The notes under the pieces were generated by a model. It was not told where the DNA came from, did not search any database, and saw only the letters and a program-made list of their open reading frames with translations. Positions 51,008 through 63,760 of a DNA stretch of 64,000 bases are shown here, piece by piece (the first letter of the stretch is position 1; the number at the start of each line of letters is the position of its first letter). The stretch is from Myxococcales bacterium (GTDB lineage: Bacteria > Myxococcota > Myxococcia > Myxococcales > UBA5297): the NCBI GenBank assembly GCA_037442205.1, contig JBBIQS010000039.1:6102-70101 (forward strand), in the 5' to 3' direction. Position numbers and translations under genes: made by a program.

Positions 51008-53722
51008 TCAGCGGCAACTCGCCGGCCGGCGTTCGAGGCTGGCCGGGAAGTCGGAGTAGATCCGGGCGCTGTCCGCCTTGCCCGGATCGTGGCAGCGCAG
51101 GCAGCCTCCAACCCGCAGCGTTCGCTCTCGCGCCGCGCGGTCCAGCGGCGCGAGCTGGGTGCGGGTCGCCTTGGCTGAGCCGCCATTCTCGGCCGCGCCA
51201 ATCCACGCATCGGCTGGCAGCCCGTCGCGAAGCGGCCCGCTCTCCGGCTCAAATCGCGCCACGCCTCCGGTGGACACGACCGTGCCGACGCCCAATCCCG
51301 CCGCCGCGGTCTCGCTATGGCACGAGGCGCAGGACCGGCCTGCGCGCGTCGTGGTGTGCGGCACCGACAGGGCGAACGCGCGCACCATCCTGGTCTTTTC
51401 GGTCATCAGTGCCCCGGCGCGATCGGGCAGCGTTCTCGGAGCCGGGACCTCGGGGCCATTCAGCGTGAGGATCATCCCCGGAGCCACCGGCTCGATTCGC
51501 CCCTCGCCATCTCGCTCGAGCACTCCCAGCGCTGGCGCCACAGCCTTCGGTTCGGCGTCGTATTCGGCGTAGGCCCCTGCCCGCTCCTCCCGCGCCAAGG
51601 CATCGAAGCGCTTGCCGCTCGCATCCCATTGCGTGTGGCAGCTCAGACACTGGGTGGTCCAGCTCGAGTGGCAGGACTGGCAGGAGAGCCGCTCATGCCC
51701 TGCGATCCCCGCGCAGGCGCGCGCCGGCGGCTTGGCGAGATGAACCTTGCCGCTGAGCTTTCCTCTGATCTCGACGTTGCCGTCGGGCAAAGGCCGCGCG
51801 TTGCTCAGCGCCAGCCCACTGCGATCCTCGGCGAGTAACACGCTGCTCTTGTCCAGGCCGCGCAGCCGGGCGACGACGCGCGCATCCTTGTCGGCGTCCT
51901 TCACCAGCACCGACTTGGCCGGCTGCACCCGGTGGCAGGTCTGGCAGCGAATCTTCGTCGCCTGCTCCTCGTGCAGCGGCGCGCTTCCGTCGCCCATCGC
52001 CTCCGCCCCGAGGTGGCAGTCGATGCAGGCCATCCCTAGGGCGTGGTGAACGTCCTCTTGCTCCTTGAGCAGCACCCGGCCGTCCTCGAGCAGCCGCCAG
52101 CTCCCCGGCGGCCGCGACTTCGCCTCCTGCGCGGTCAGCGCCGACTCGCGCCAACCGGCATAGGCCAGCGAGATGCGCCCGGAACGGCTGTGGCAGCCGA
52201 AGCAGCTCTCGTCGCCCACCTGCACGGTCAGCTTGGGATGGGTGAAGCGACGCGCGTTCTCCTTGGAGTAGTCGCGCCCCTCGGGATAGCGCACGTGGCA
52301 CGCCGCGCAGCCGCCTCCGCGCGAGAGCTCGGTCACCGGCCCCGGAGCGTCCTTGAGCTGCCCGAGGTGGCAGTTCACGCACAGCTGACGCAGGTGGCGG
52401 TCGGCCGCCGAATCCCCCAGGTCCTTGGGCGAGTCGCTGCCATCTGGCGCTGGCCGCTCGCCAAAGGCCCAGCGATCCACGGCGATCATCCCGCGCACCG
52501 TTGCCATTGGGGAGCCGGCCACGCGCCCGACGAGGTCGCCATGGCAGCCGGCGCGTCCGCAGCTTCGGGCCGCAGTGTCGAGGTTTCCCGGAACTCGAAC
52601 CAGCCCGGCGTGGGCCGAGGCGGCGTCAGGCGCGTCGGGGTTTCCGAGATGGCAGGAGAAGCACCCCATCGCCTTCGGGTCGTGCGACGACTCGATGCCG
52701 CTAACCTCGCTGTGGCAGCCGACGCAGCCCTCGACCTTGCCGTCGCCGAACTGCACGGCTTGCTCGGGAAGGCTGGTTACCGCCAAACGCCCCACCGCCT
52801 CGCCACTGCGGCTGGCCGGCCCGCCGCGCCCCAGGCCACGCAGCTCCCAGCCCGCCCCGCGAAAGAGCGCCGCGAAAACACCGGTCAGCAGGTAGACAAC
52901 CAGCCCGGCCACCAGAGCGTTCAGCGCCGGGCGCCGCAGACTCTCGAGCTTCGGCAGGGCCACCAGCAGAACCAGCGGAGCCACGAGGACCACCCAGATC
53001 CATCCCGGTTCAGTCAGATGATGCAGCGCCTCCTGCACGGCCAGGGAGTACCAGGGCCCTTTGCGCACCGGATCCACGCCGTCGTGAAGCGCCGGCGGCA
53101 GCACCATCCCGAGCCCGAGCGCGAGCAGCAGCGTCGACAGGGTCGCCGGGGCCGAGGGCCAGATCCTACGTCCGTGCTCGACGGCCACCAGCGCCAGCGC
53201 CACCGTCAGCGTGGCCGCGTGATGGAGGTAGGGAATCTGGAGGTCGGCTCCGGTGCCGAAGAGCGAGGTCGCCGCGGCCTCGCCGAGAAGCGGCAGCTTC
53301 TCCAGCAGGCCGGTAGCGATCTGCCGCGCCAGCTCGGCATCGGCGTCCCCCTTGAGCACGAAGCCGGTGAGCATCGCCCCGAGCAGCAGCGGAATGGCCA
53401 GCACTGCGCGCGCCCACACACCCCAGCGCGGCTTGAGCTCCCCGCGCGCGGCCAAGTGCTCGACCACGTGCATGAGCCCGAGGATCACCAGCAGGTTTCC
53501 CGACCAGGCGTGCAGGGCGCGCAGCAGCCTGCCGGCGCCGCTCGAGAGCTGCAGCAACGACAGCGAGCTCCGCGGCGCGCCCACGTCGTAGCCGACGGCC
53601 AGCACGATTCCCGAAACCGCGACCAGCAGCAGCGCCGCCAGCGCCAGGGTCCCCGCGGTGGCGAAGCGTCGGTTCCAGCGGCCAAACCAGCTCGTCAGCC
53701 GGCTCTGGTCAGCCGAGTTCAA
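51008..53722 (-). CDS. Fusion protein: cytochrome b6/b-like membrane domain plus a multihaem cytochrome c domain of about 600 aa
   Basis: The N-terminus has His-x13-His (LHAWSGNLLVILGLMH) and His-x14-His (HAATLTVALALVAVEH) pairs, plus a PWY segment (KGPWYSLAV). The C-terminal part has 11 CxxCH motifs plus one CGRAGCH (CX4CH). The TTG start at 53722 overlaps the Rieske stop by 14 nt. Confidence 0.85.
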   Translation of the reverse strand: MNSADQSRLTSWFGRWNRRFATAGTLALAALLLVAVSGIVLAVGYDVGAPRSSLSLLQLSSGAGRLLRALHAWSGNLLVILGLMHVVEHLAARGELKPRWGVWARAVLAIPLLLGAMLTGFVLKGDADAELARQIATGLLEKLPLLGEAAATSLFGTGADLQIPYLHHAATLTVALALVAVEHGRRIWPSAPATLSTLLLALGLGMVLPPALHDGVDPVRKGPWYSLAVQEALHHLTEPGWIWVVLVAPLVLLVALPKLESLRRPALNALVAGLVVYLLTGVFAALFRGAGWELRGLGRGGPASRSGEAVGRLAVTSLPEQAVQFGDGKVEGCVGCHSEVSGIESSHDPKAMGCFSCHLGNPDAPDAASAHAGLVRVPGNLDTAARSCGRAGCHGDLVGRVAGSPMATVRGMIAVDRWAFGERPAPDGSDSPKDLGDSAADRHLRQLCVNCHLGQLKDAPGPVTELSRGGGCAACHVRYPEGRDYSKENARRFTHPKLTVQVGDESCFGCHSRSGRISLAYAGWRESALTAQEAKSRPPGSWRLLEDGRVLLKEQEDVHHALGMACIDCHLGAEAMGDGSAPLHEEQATKIRCQTCHRVQPAKSVLVKDADKDARVVARLRGLDKSSVLLAEDRSGLALSNARPLPDGNVEIRGKLSGKVHLAKPPARACAGIAGHERLSCQSCHSSWTTQCLSCHTQWDASGKRFDALAREERAGAYAEYDAEPKAVAPALGVLERDGEGRIEPVAPGMILTLNGPEVPAPRTLPDRAGALMTEKTRMVRAFALSVPHTTTRAGRSCASCHSETAAAGLGVGTVVSTGGVARFEPESGPLRDGLPADAWIGAAENGGSAKATRTQLAPLDRAARERTLRVGGCLRCHDPGKADSARIYSDFPASLERRPASCR

Positions 53723-54091
53723 CGTCCACCGCCGTTCCCGCGTCGTCCGGGGCGAGCCGCAGCAGCCGCAGGTCGGCCCACGCGGGCCCCTCTACCCGCT
53801 TGCCGTCGCGATCGAACTTCGAGCCATGGCAGGGGCAGATCAGCAGCCCGCCCTGCTCGCGGTCGATCCGGCATCCCAGGTGCGCGCAGCGCGAGGAGAA
53901 TGCCCGCACCTCCTCGCCCGCCCGGACGAGAATCACCTCCCCATGGAAGCTGATCCCGTCTGCGGCCGGCTTGGGAATCGTCAGCCGCTTGCTCTCTTCG
54001 CGTCGGCGCCGGGCGGTTCCCAGCAGGCCCGCGGCCCCGGCCAGCAGCGCCGAGAGCCCGGCCATCGCCCCGCGCAAGAGATCCCGACGCG

Positions 54092-54098
<7 letters not shown>
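53709..54098 (-). CDS. Tat-exported Rieske [2Fe-2S] protein
   Basis: The twin-arginine segment is LTRRDLLRG. The Rieske boxes are CAHLGC and CPCHGS. I prefer the GTG at 54098, which has GGGAG 9 nt upstream. The longest ORF begins at GTG 54125. Confidence 0.85.
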
Positions 54099-55888
<1,790 letters not shown>

Positions 55889-56086
55889 GTCCAACTCCTC
55901 GCCTGGAACGATTCGCAACGGTTTGAGACTGTCGTTCTCCAAAGGATTCACCGGGCAGGCTATCCGAAAGCCGCAGTCGTTTCCTGGCCTTGCGCCGCCG
56001 GAGAGCCTCCCGCGGAGCCCGCCGCTTCTCAACAGACGACCGGCCGCCGATCTGGGCGGCCGGAGGCCGAGTACCCGGAGGGCTGT

Positions 56087-58219
56087 CTAGAGGGCGGGCA
56101 CGGCGAGTTGCAGCACCGCGCCCAGCGAGGTCCCCACCAGCAGCTGGCTGCCGTCGGAGGTGAAGGCCAGCGCGGTGGCCCGCTCGGCGTTGGCGGCCAG
56201 GCTGAAGTGGTCAACCTCCCGCTGCCGGTCGAGGCTGAACAGCCGCACCTGGCCGTCGGCGAAGGAGGCGGCCAGCTGCCGGCCGTCGCTGGAGAGCGCG
56301 AAGGCGATGGCCCGCGAGGAGAACTCCCCCAGCGAACCGCTCTGTCTGGCCTCCGGCACGTCCCAGACCTCGAGCACCGAGCCATGCGGCGAGCGCGTGG
56401 CCAGGAAGGCCCGGCTGCCGTCGCCGGTGAGGGCGATGGCGAAGACCTCGCGCCCGTCCCACTTGAAGGTCTGCACGGTCTTGCCGGTGGCCACCTCGCG
56501 GATCACCGGGGCTTCCCCGCCGCCGGCGGTCAGCGCCAGCTTGCCGTCGGTGGTGAAGAGCACCGCCGACACCAGCCGCGAGAACCAGATGCTGCCCAGC
56601 TCCTTGCCGCTCTCCATCTCCCACAGCGCGATGCGCTCGTAGCTTGTGGAGAGCGCCTGCTTGCCGTCGCCGCTGAAGGCCACCCCCGCAAGCCCCCGGT
56701 GCGAGCCGAGCAGCTTCAGCGGCGCCCCGGTGGCCACGTCCCACAGCCGCTGCAGGCCGTTGATGTCCGCGGCCAGCGCCATCTTGCCGTCGGGAGAGAA
56801 GGCCACCGCTCGCACGTCCAGGGCGTACTGGTCGAAGGTGAAGAGCTCCTCGCCCTTGTCGAGCTGCCAGAGCCGGGCGGTGCCGTCGCGGGCGGCGCTC
56901 AGCGCCAGCCGGCCGTCGGGCGAAACCGCCAGGCTCTCCACCGCCCCCGAGTGGCCGCCGCTCTCGCGCAGCAGCTTGCCCTGGGCCAGGTCCCAGATCC
57001 GCAGCGTCCCCGACTCGTCGAAGACCGCGTGGACGCCGTCCGGGCTGAAGGCCGCCGAGCGCGCCCCTTCGTCCGGCTTGCCGGAGGCCACCACCTCGTC
57101 GAGCGAGGCGGCGTCCCACTGGCGGATCCAGATCTCCGCCGCCGGCTTCTCGGAGCGGGCGCTGGCCGAATAGACCGCCGGCCGGTTGGAGCCAGTGGCA
57201 CCGATCCGCCGCCCGTCCGCCGACCAGGAGAGGCTGAGCAGGTGCATCGGCTGCTCGACCAGCGCGGTCGAGGTCGAGGTCCGCAGGTCCCAGCGCGCCA
57301 GCCGCCGCCCCTCTTCGCCTGAGAGCGCGTAGCGGCCGTCGGGGGAGAGCGCCAGCGCCGTCACCTCCGGCCCCCCGGGCATCCCCAGCATCTGCAGCGA
57401 CTTGCCGCGGGTCAGGTCCCAGACACGCAGCGTCCCGTCCTGGCCGCCCGAGGCCACCCGCTTGCCGTCGGCGAAGGCGGCCAGCGCCCGGATCCACCCC
57501 TGGTGTCCGTAGAGGGTGAACAGGGCCCGCCCGCGGGCGATCTCCCACACCCGCACCACTCCGTCCTCGCCGCCGGAGACCAGCAGCTTGCCGTCGACGC
57601 CGAAGGCCACCGCGGTGGCCGCGCCCCGGTGCCGGTGCAGCCGATGCACCAGTCGCCCGGTCTCCGCGTCCCAGACGGCGACCGTGCCGTCGCGCGCTCC
57701 CGCGGCGATCTGGTGGCCATTGCGGGAGAACGCAAGGCAGGTCGCGGCTGCGTCCAGCCCCTCGAGCAGGTGGAGCTGGCGCCCGCTCGGCAGGTCGAAG
57801 AGCCGCAGCGCCTCTCCCGCTCCTCCGGAGAGCAGCCGCTTGCCGTCCGCCGAGACGGCCACCAAAGGGCCGGCGCTGCGCAGCGCATAGCCGCCCCAGA
57901 CGCTCTCCAGGTGGAGATGCTTGAGATGCGCCAGGTGCCTGAGCGGGCCGGGCAGCTCAGCCGCGGCGCCGGCCGGCTCTGCGGGAGCGGGCTTGGAGCT
58001 CGCCGCAGCCTTGGGATCGGCGGGCGGCTCGGAGGGGCGAGGCGGTTCGGGGCTCATGGGCGAGGGCGTATGGGAAACCGCCGCGTCGGCAGCGCCTCGC
58101 CCGGCGTCGGCGGGAGCTCCCGGAGCGGGGGAACTCGGAGACGCAGCGGGCTCGGCCGCGCGCGAAAGAGGAGCGAGCAGGAGAGCGGCGAGCAGTGGGA
58201 GTGGCGCACCGGCGCGCAT
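56087..58219 (-). CDS. Secreted WD40-repeat (double beta-propeller) protein
   Basis: The signal peptide is MRAGAPLPLLAALLLAPLSRAAEP. A Pro/Ala/Ser linker follows, then about 13-14 WD-like blades (...VAFSPDG...D.T.R(L/I/V)W(D/E)...). Confidence 0.85.
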   Translation of the reverse strand: MRAGAPLPLLAALLLAPLSRAAEPAASPSSPAPGAPADAGRGAADAAVSHTPSPMSPEPPRPSEPPADPKAAASSKPAPAEPAGAAAELPGPLRHLAHLKHLHLESVWGGYALRSAGPLVAVSADGKRLLSGGAGEALRLFDLPSGRQLHLLEGLDAAATCLAFSRNGHQIAAGARDGTVAVWDAETGRLVHRLHRHRGAATAVAFGVDGKLLVSGGEDGVVRVWEIARGRALFTLYGHQGWIRALAAFADGKRVASGGQDGTLRVWDLTRGKSLQMLGMPGGPEVTALALSPDGRYALSGEEGRRLARWDLRTSTSTALVEQPMHLLSLSWSADGRRIGATGSNRPAVYSASARSEKPAAEIWIRQWDAASLDEVVASGKPDEGARSAAFSPDGVHAVFDESGTLRIWDLAQGKLLRESGGHSGAVESLAVSPDGRLALSAARDGTARLWQLDKGEELFTFDQYALDVRAVAFSPDGKMALAADINGLQRLWDVATGAPLKLLGSHRGLAGVAFSGDGKQALSTSYERIALWEMESGKELGSIWFSRLVSAVLFTTDGKLALTAGGGEAPVIREVATGKTVQTFKWDGREVFAIALTGDGSRAFLATRSPHGSVLEVWDVPEARQSGSLGEFSSRAIAFALSSDGRQLAASFADGQVRLFSLDRQREVDHFSLAANAERATALAFTSDGSQLLVGTSLGAVLQLAVPAL

Positions 58220-58378
58220 GAGCGCTCTTCTACCGCGCGCCGACGGGCTCGGCCACCGATTGTTCTGCCAGAGCCGCCTGGTCGAAGCCGCGTTTTCCGC
58301 AGCCGCCGAGGGCCCGCCCGCGCTTTACGGCGGCGGCCCTTCGCAGCGATGATGTGCGGCCCTTTCCGGAGGTTCCCC

Positions 58379-59749
<1,371 letters not shown>

Positions 59750-59866
59750 GGCGCTCGCCGCCTCGAGCCATCTCTCCCCTCGGCTCGGCAGCCGCTCCGG
59801 CGGCTGTCGAGCGCCCGTTGCAGCCTGGGCCCGCGCTGCCCACGCTCCCTGTTGGGAGAGAAGCGC

Positions 59867-60295
59867 ATGCCCTACGCCCGATCGCTTCAGGTCCTGATCG
59901 CAGCCTGCCTGGCGTCCGCGAGCCCCATCGCTCTCGCCGAGACCCCGGCCGACCCGGCGCCAGCTCCGAGCCAATCAGAGGAGGCGAGCGGTCCCCGCCT
60001 TGGAATCCAGGGTGAGTCGCTGACTCCGGAGCAGGCCGACGCCCGCGGCACCATCACTCGCCGCGGGGTGATCGTCGGCAAGGTGCTCGCGGGGAGCGCC
60101 GCCGCCCGCGCCGGCCTCGCCGCCGGCGACGTGCTGATCGCCATCGACCAGGCGCCGATCGGCGACACCAGCGACCTGGCCTGGGAGGTCGGCCAGCTCG
60201 AGCCCGGCCAGAAGGTGGCGCTGCAGTTCGTGCGCAACGGCGTGACCACGGTGCGCATCGCCACCCTCGAGCGCGCGGCGGCGCAGAAGCCCTGA
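59867..60295 (+). CDS. Secreted PDZ-domain protein
   Basis: ATG 59867 follows GGGAGAGAAG. The signal peptide is MPYARSLQVLIAACLASASPIALA. The PDZ core is GVIVGKVLAGSAAARAGLAAGDVLIAIDQAPI. Confidence 0.75.
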   Translation: MPYARSLQVLIAACLASASPIALAETPADPAPAPSQSEEASGPRLGIQGESLTPEQADARGTITRRGVIVGKVLAGSAAARAGLAAGDVLIAIDQAPIGDTSDLAWEVGQLEPGQKVALQFVRNGVTTVRIATLERAAAQKP

Positions 60296-60303
60296 CTCGG
60301 CGG

Positions 60304-60774
60304 CTAAGGAGGGATCGGCCCGGAGCTGTTGGGAGGGGCGATCCGGTTCTCGATGTTCTCCGGCGGGCGCGGGACCCGGCCGGCCGGCATCTCGTGGTCG
60401 CGGTAGAAGCCGATCTGCCAGCGCAGCACTCCGATGGTGTCGACGTAGCTCAGCTCGCGAACGGCGTAGTTGGCGTGGACGCTGCAGCCGGCCTGGCGCG
60501 CCACGTCGTCAGTGAGCGGCGCGTTCTCAGGCTGCGGGAAGGACGTGGTCTCGCCGACGCGCACCGCGCCGGGCGGGAGCGCCGAGACGACCCTGATCTC
60601 GCAGCCCAGCAGAGTCTCCGGCGGCATCGGCGCAACCCGAGGAGTCGTGGGCACGCCGCCGGGGCCGTTCTCCTCGGCGGCCTCCGCCACCCGCGCCGTC
60701 CGCAGCCCTACCGCCAGGGTGCCGGCCAGGATCAGGACCAGCAGCCCCAGCGCGCCAATGAGCAGCTTTCGCAC
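60304..60774 (-). CDS. Hypothetical membrane-anchored protein
   Basis: I trimmed the start to GTG 60774, with GAGG upstream. The TM anchor is VRKLLIGALGLLVLILAGTLAV. A domain of about 120 aa follows, of no family I recognise. Confidence 0.5.
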   Translation of the reverse strand: MRKLLIGALGLLVLILAGTLAVGLRTARVAEAAEENGPGGVPTTPRVAPMPPETLLGCEIRVVSALPPGAVRVGETTSFPQPENAPLTDDVARQAGCSVHANYAVRELSYVDTIGVLRWQIGFYRDHEMPAGRVPRPPENIENRIAPPNSSGPIPP

Positions 60775-60917
60775 GACCGACCTCGATGCGCGCCAGCCAT
60801 GGCAAGCATAGGCACCGCCCAATCGGACGTAACGAGCGGGGCGAGCGGCGGACCTCTGGCTGGAGGAATCGAGGCCGGCAGAGCCCCCGGCCGCCCAGCT
60901 GCTGCAGCGATGGCCGG

Positions 60918-62090
60918 CTACGACACCCGCAAGACGAAGCACTTGAGGTAGCGGGTCTCGCGCACTCCCAGGAGCACCGGGTGGTCGCGGCCGGCGCCGC
61001 GCTTCTCGATGACCTGCACCTCGCGGCGCGCGTCGCGGGCGGCGGCGCCGATGATCTCCTCGAAGTGCTCCTCGCCGACATGGAAGGAGCAGCTGGCGCT
61101 GATCAGCACGCCGCCCGGGTTGAGCAGCTGCAGCGCCCGCAGGTTGATCTCCTTGTAGCCCCGCTCGGCGGCGGCGATGGCCGACTTGCCTTTGGCGAAG
61201 GCCGGCGGGTCGAGGACGATGGTGTCGTAGCGCTGCCTGGCCTCGACCTGCGCCTTGAGGAAGTCGAAGGCGTTGGCGACCACCGCCTCGACGTTCTTGA
61301 GCCCGTTGCGCTCGGCGTTCTCGGCGATCAGCTTGCCGGCCGAGTCGCTGATCTCCACCGCGGTGACCTTGTCGCAGCCCTGCGCCAGCTGCAGGGCGAA
61401 CCCGCCGACGTAGGAGAAGCAGTCCAACCCCTGACCGCGGGCGTACTGACGGGAAGCGAGGTGGTTCTCGCGCTGGTCGAGGAAGCTGCCGGTCTTCTGT
61501 CCCTCGAGCGGATCGATGCGCACCCGCACCGCGCCCTCCAGGTACTCGATCACCCCGGGCGGCGTCCCGGAGAGCAGCCCCTTCTTCGGCTCCAGCCCCT
61601 CGAGCTGGCGGACCTTGGCGTCGCTGCGCTCGACGATCGACTTGGGCCGGTAGAGCTCCTCGAGGATCGAGGTGAAGAGCGCCCGGCGAGCGTCGGTGCC
61701 CTGGCTCAGGAGCTGGACGACCAGGCAGTCGCCGTAGCGATCGACGACCAGGCCGGGGATGAGATCGGCCTCGCCGTGGGCCGCGCGCCAGGCGTCGCTC
61801 TGGGGAAAGGCCTGCTCCCGCAGCGCCTTGGCCGATGCGAGGCGGCGCAGGAAGAACGCCCGGTCGCACTCGACGTCCTCACGCGCGAGCATCCGCAGCG
61901 CGATCTGGCTCTTCGAGGAGTAGAAGGCCGTGCCCCGGCAGCGCCCGCGCTCGTCGAGCACGCGCACCACCTCGCCTCCGGGCAGGGAGGGCGGCCGCGC
62001 CAGGTCGCTGCGGAAGATCCACGGGTGTCCGGAGCTGATCCGATCGCTGCCCCGGCGAGTGACGACGACAGAGGGAGAGGATGAGGACAT
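60918..62090 (-). CDS. rlmI: PUA-domain class I SAM-dependent rRNA (m5C) methyltransferase, RlmI/YccW-like
   Basis: I trimmed the start to ATG 62090. The protein shows GHPWIFRSD (PUA-like N-terminus), ...QKTGSFLDQREN..., VLDCFSYVGGFAL, and DPPAF (catalytic motif IV). Confidence 0.8.
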   Translation of the reverse strand: MSSSSPSVVVTRRGSDRISSGHPWIFRSDLARPPSLPGGEVVRVLDERGRCRGTAFYSSKSQIALRMLAREDVECDRAFFLRRLASAKALREQAFPQSDAWRAAHGEADLIPGLVVDRYGDCLVVQLLSQGTDARRALFTSILEELYRPKSIVERSDAKVRQLEGLEPKKGLLSGTPPGVIEYLEGAVRVRIDPLEGQKTGSFLDQRENHLASRQYARGQGLDCFSYVGGFALQLAQGCDKVTAVEISDSAGKLIAENAERNGLKNVEAVVANAFDFLKAQVEARQRYDTIVLDPPAFAKGKSAIAAAERGYKEINLRALQLLNPGGVLISASCSFHVGEEHFEEIIGAAARDARREVQVIEKRGAGRDHPVLLGVRETRYLKCFVLRVS

Positions 62091-62095
62091 GGTTC

Positions 62096-62947
62096 TCAGA
62101 AGCTCACCGGCACGCCGGGGACCACCCGCCCCTCCACTTCCCTCACCCGGCAGCCGGCCCAATGCGGATCGTGGGAGAAGAAGAGAATCGACTCGTCCTC
62201 CACCGCCTGCGCGAGGAGCATCTTCTTCTCCTCGAGCGAGGTCAGCGGATAGAGGTCGGTGGACATCTGGTAGTGGGGCTTGAAGTGGGCGGCAGTGGGG
62301 ATCAGGTCGCTGCAGTAGACGACCTCGACGTTGTCGGAGAGCACGCGCACCAGCTGCATCCCCACCGTGTGGCCCTCGGAGAGGCAGAGCTGCACGCCCT
62401 CGAAGAGCTCGGTCTCGCCCTCGACCAGGTGCAGCCGCCCGGTGCTCTCCAGCAGCGAGAAGTCGAGTGGCTCGAAGTTGCGGCGATCCCGTTCCGAGGG
62501 GTGGTGCGCCCAGCGCCAGTGGCGGCGCTGCAGGTGGAAGGCGGCATTGGGGAAGGCCAGGAACGGCGCTCCGTCGGGGCCCAGGCGCGTGGTGCCGCCG
62601 GCGTGCTCGACGTGGAGGCTGCTCAAGATGACGTCGGTGATCTCCTCGCGGCGGGTGCCGGCGCGGGCCAGCTCGCGGTCGAGGTCGGACTGGCTACGGT
62701 CGAGGCTGATGCGGTCGCGCTGGCGCTCGGTCAGCTTCTCGCCCAGGCCGGTGTCGACCAGGATGCGGCGCATGCCGCTCTCGATCAGCAGGCAGCGCGA
62801 GGCCAGCAGAACCCGGTTGAGCTCATCGGGAGCGAAGGAGCGCTGCCAGACCACGCGCGGGACCACGCCGAAGAGCGCGCCGCCGTCGAGGCGGAAGAGC
62901 CCGTCGCGGATCTCGTGCAGGGTGAACCGACCCGCGTGAAACGCCAT
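62096..62947 (-). CDS. MBL-fold metallo-hydrolase
   Basis: The protein shows ...ILVDTGLG...VILSSLHVEHAGG... (a variant of HxHxDH) and a later ...SEGHTVG... It lies 5 nt upstream of the methyltransferase gene. Confidence 0.75.
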   Translation of the reverse strand: MAFHAGRFTLHEIRDGLFRLDGGALFGVVPRVVWQRSFAPDELNRVLLASRCLLIESGMRRILVDTGLGEKLTERQRDRISLDRSQSDLDRELARAGTRREEITDVILSSLHVEHAGGTTRLGPDGAPFLAFPNAAFHLQRRHWRWAHHPSERDRRNFEPLDFSLLESTGRLHLVEGETELFEGVQLCLSEGHTVGMQLVRVLSDNVEVVYCSDLIPTAAHFKPHYQMSTDLYPLTSLEEKKMLLAQAVEDESILFFSHDPHWAGCRVREVEGRVVPGVPVSF

Positions 62948-63041
62948 CGCATCAGCTCCGGGACGCCAAAGTTCGCGGAGTATAATGTCGCCATTCGAGA
63001 GCCAGCAAGAAGTCGCGGCTCCAAGCGCCTCGAGGTGATGA

Positions 63042-63713
63042 TTGGGTTACGAGTTGCTCGTTCGCGCGCCCACTGCAGAGAAGAAGCTCGCGGACGCCGT
63101 CCTGGTTGAGCAGCTGCGGCAAGCCGTGCAGGTCGGACTGGAGACGCTGGCCGATTCGGCCCCTGCCTCAGCACCGACTCCTGCGTCGCCCGCCCCGACC
63201 CAGGACGCCGCCCAGCCTTCCGCGATTCCGACGTCAGCTACGGCAGCTGCCGCAGATGCCCTCGCGACAGCCGCCGCCGATCTCCCGGCAGAGCTCGCCG
63301 GCCCGCTGTCGATCCCAAACGGCCCGGCGAAGGTCGCGGCGCGGCTTTATCGGCTCGAGGGAGGGGTGGCCGGAGCCGACCTCGAGGTGGCCTTCGGCGG
63401 GACGGAGCTGGAGCTGCGCCGCGCCTTCCAGTTCGCTCAGCAGCTGGCCGATCAGGCGGGCGGAGTGGTCTTCGATCCCCAGCTGTCAGTCACGGTGGGT
63501 CGAGGGTCGCTCGAGGACGTGGTCGGCCGCTGGCGCACCTCACAGAACTGGCTGGGAGATGTCGCCGGCACTCTCGAGGACGGGCGGGCGATGCTCGATC
63601 TGGCCCCGCCGCCGCCGCTGATCTCCCCGCGCAACCGGGTCATCCTGCTGGTGGGCGGGGGCTTGCTCGCCCTCTACTGGCTGGTCGGGGTCCTGCTCAA
63701 CGCCTTCCGCTAG
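63042..63713 (+). CDS. Hypothetical protein with a C-terminal TM anchor
   Basis: The 223-aa ORF has an uncertain TTG start. It has an Ala/Pro-rich linker, a folded-looking region, and a C-terminal helix (VILLVGGGLLALYWLVGVLL). Confidence 0.45.
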   Translation: MGYELLVRAPTAEKKLADAVLVEQLRQAVQVGLETLADSAPASAPTPASPAPTQDAAQPSAIPTSATAAAADALATAAADLPAELAGPLSIPNGPAKVAARLYRLEGGVAGADLEVAFGGTELELRRAFQFAQQLADQAGGVVFDPQLSVTVGRGSLEDVVGRWRTSQNWLGDVAGTLEDGRAMLDLAPPPPLISPRNRVILLVGGGLLALYWLVGVLLNAFR

Positions 63714-63760
63714 CTCGACCGATCGCTGTCCGGCTCCAGGTGCGTGTTAGAACCCGGCGC

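Noticed and set aside
52043-53953. 636-aa plus-strand ORF; also 49759-51252 on the minus strand and 55061-57322, 57503-58378, 58325-59974, 60786-62084
   Set aside because: All are antisense or off-frame shadows of genes with clear family signatures, and all have R/G/P/A/H-rich translations.
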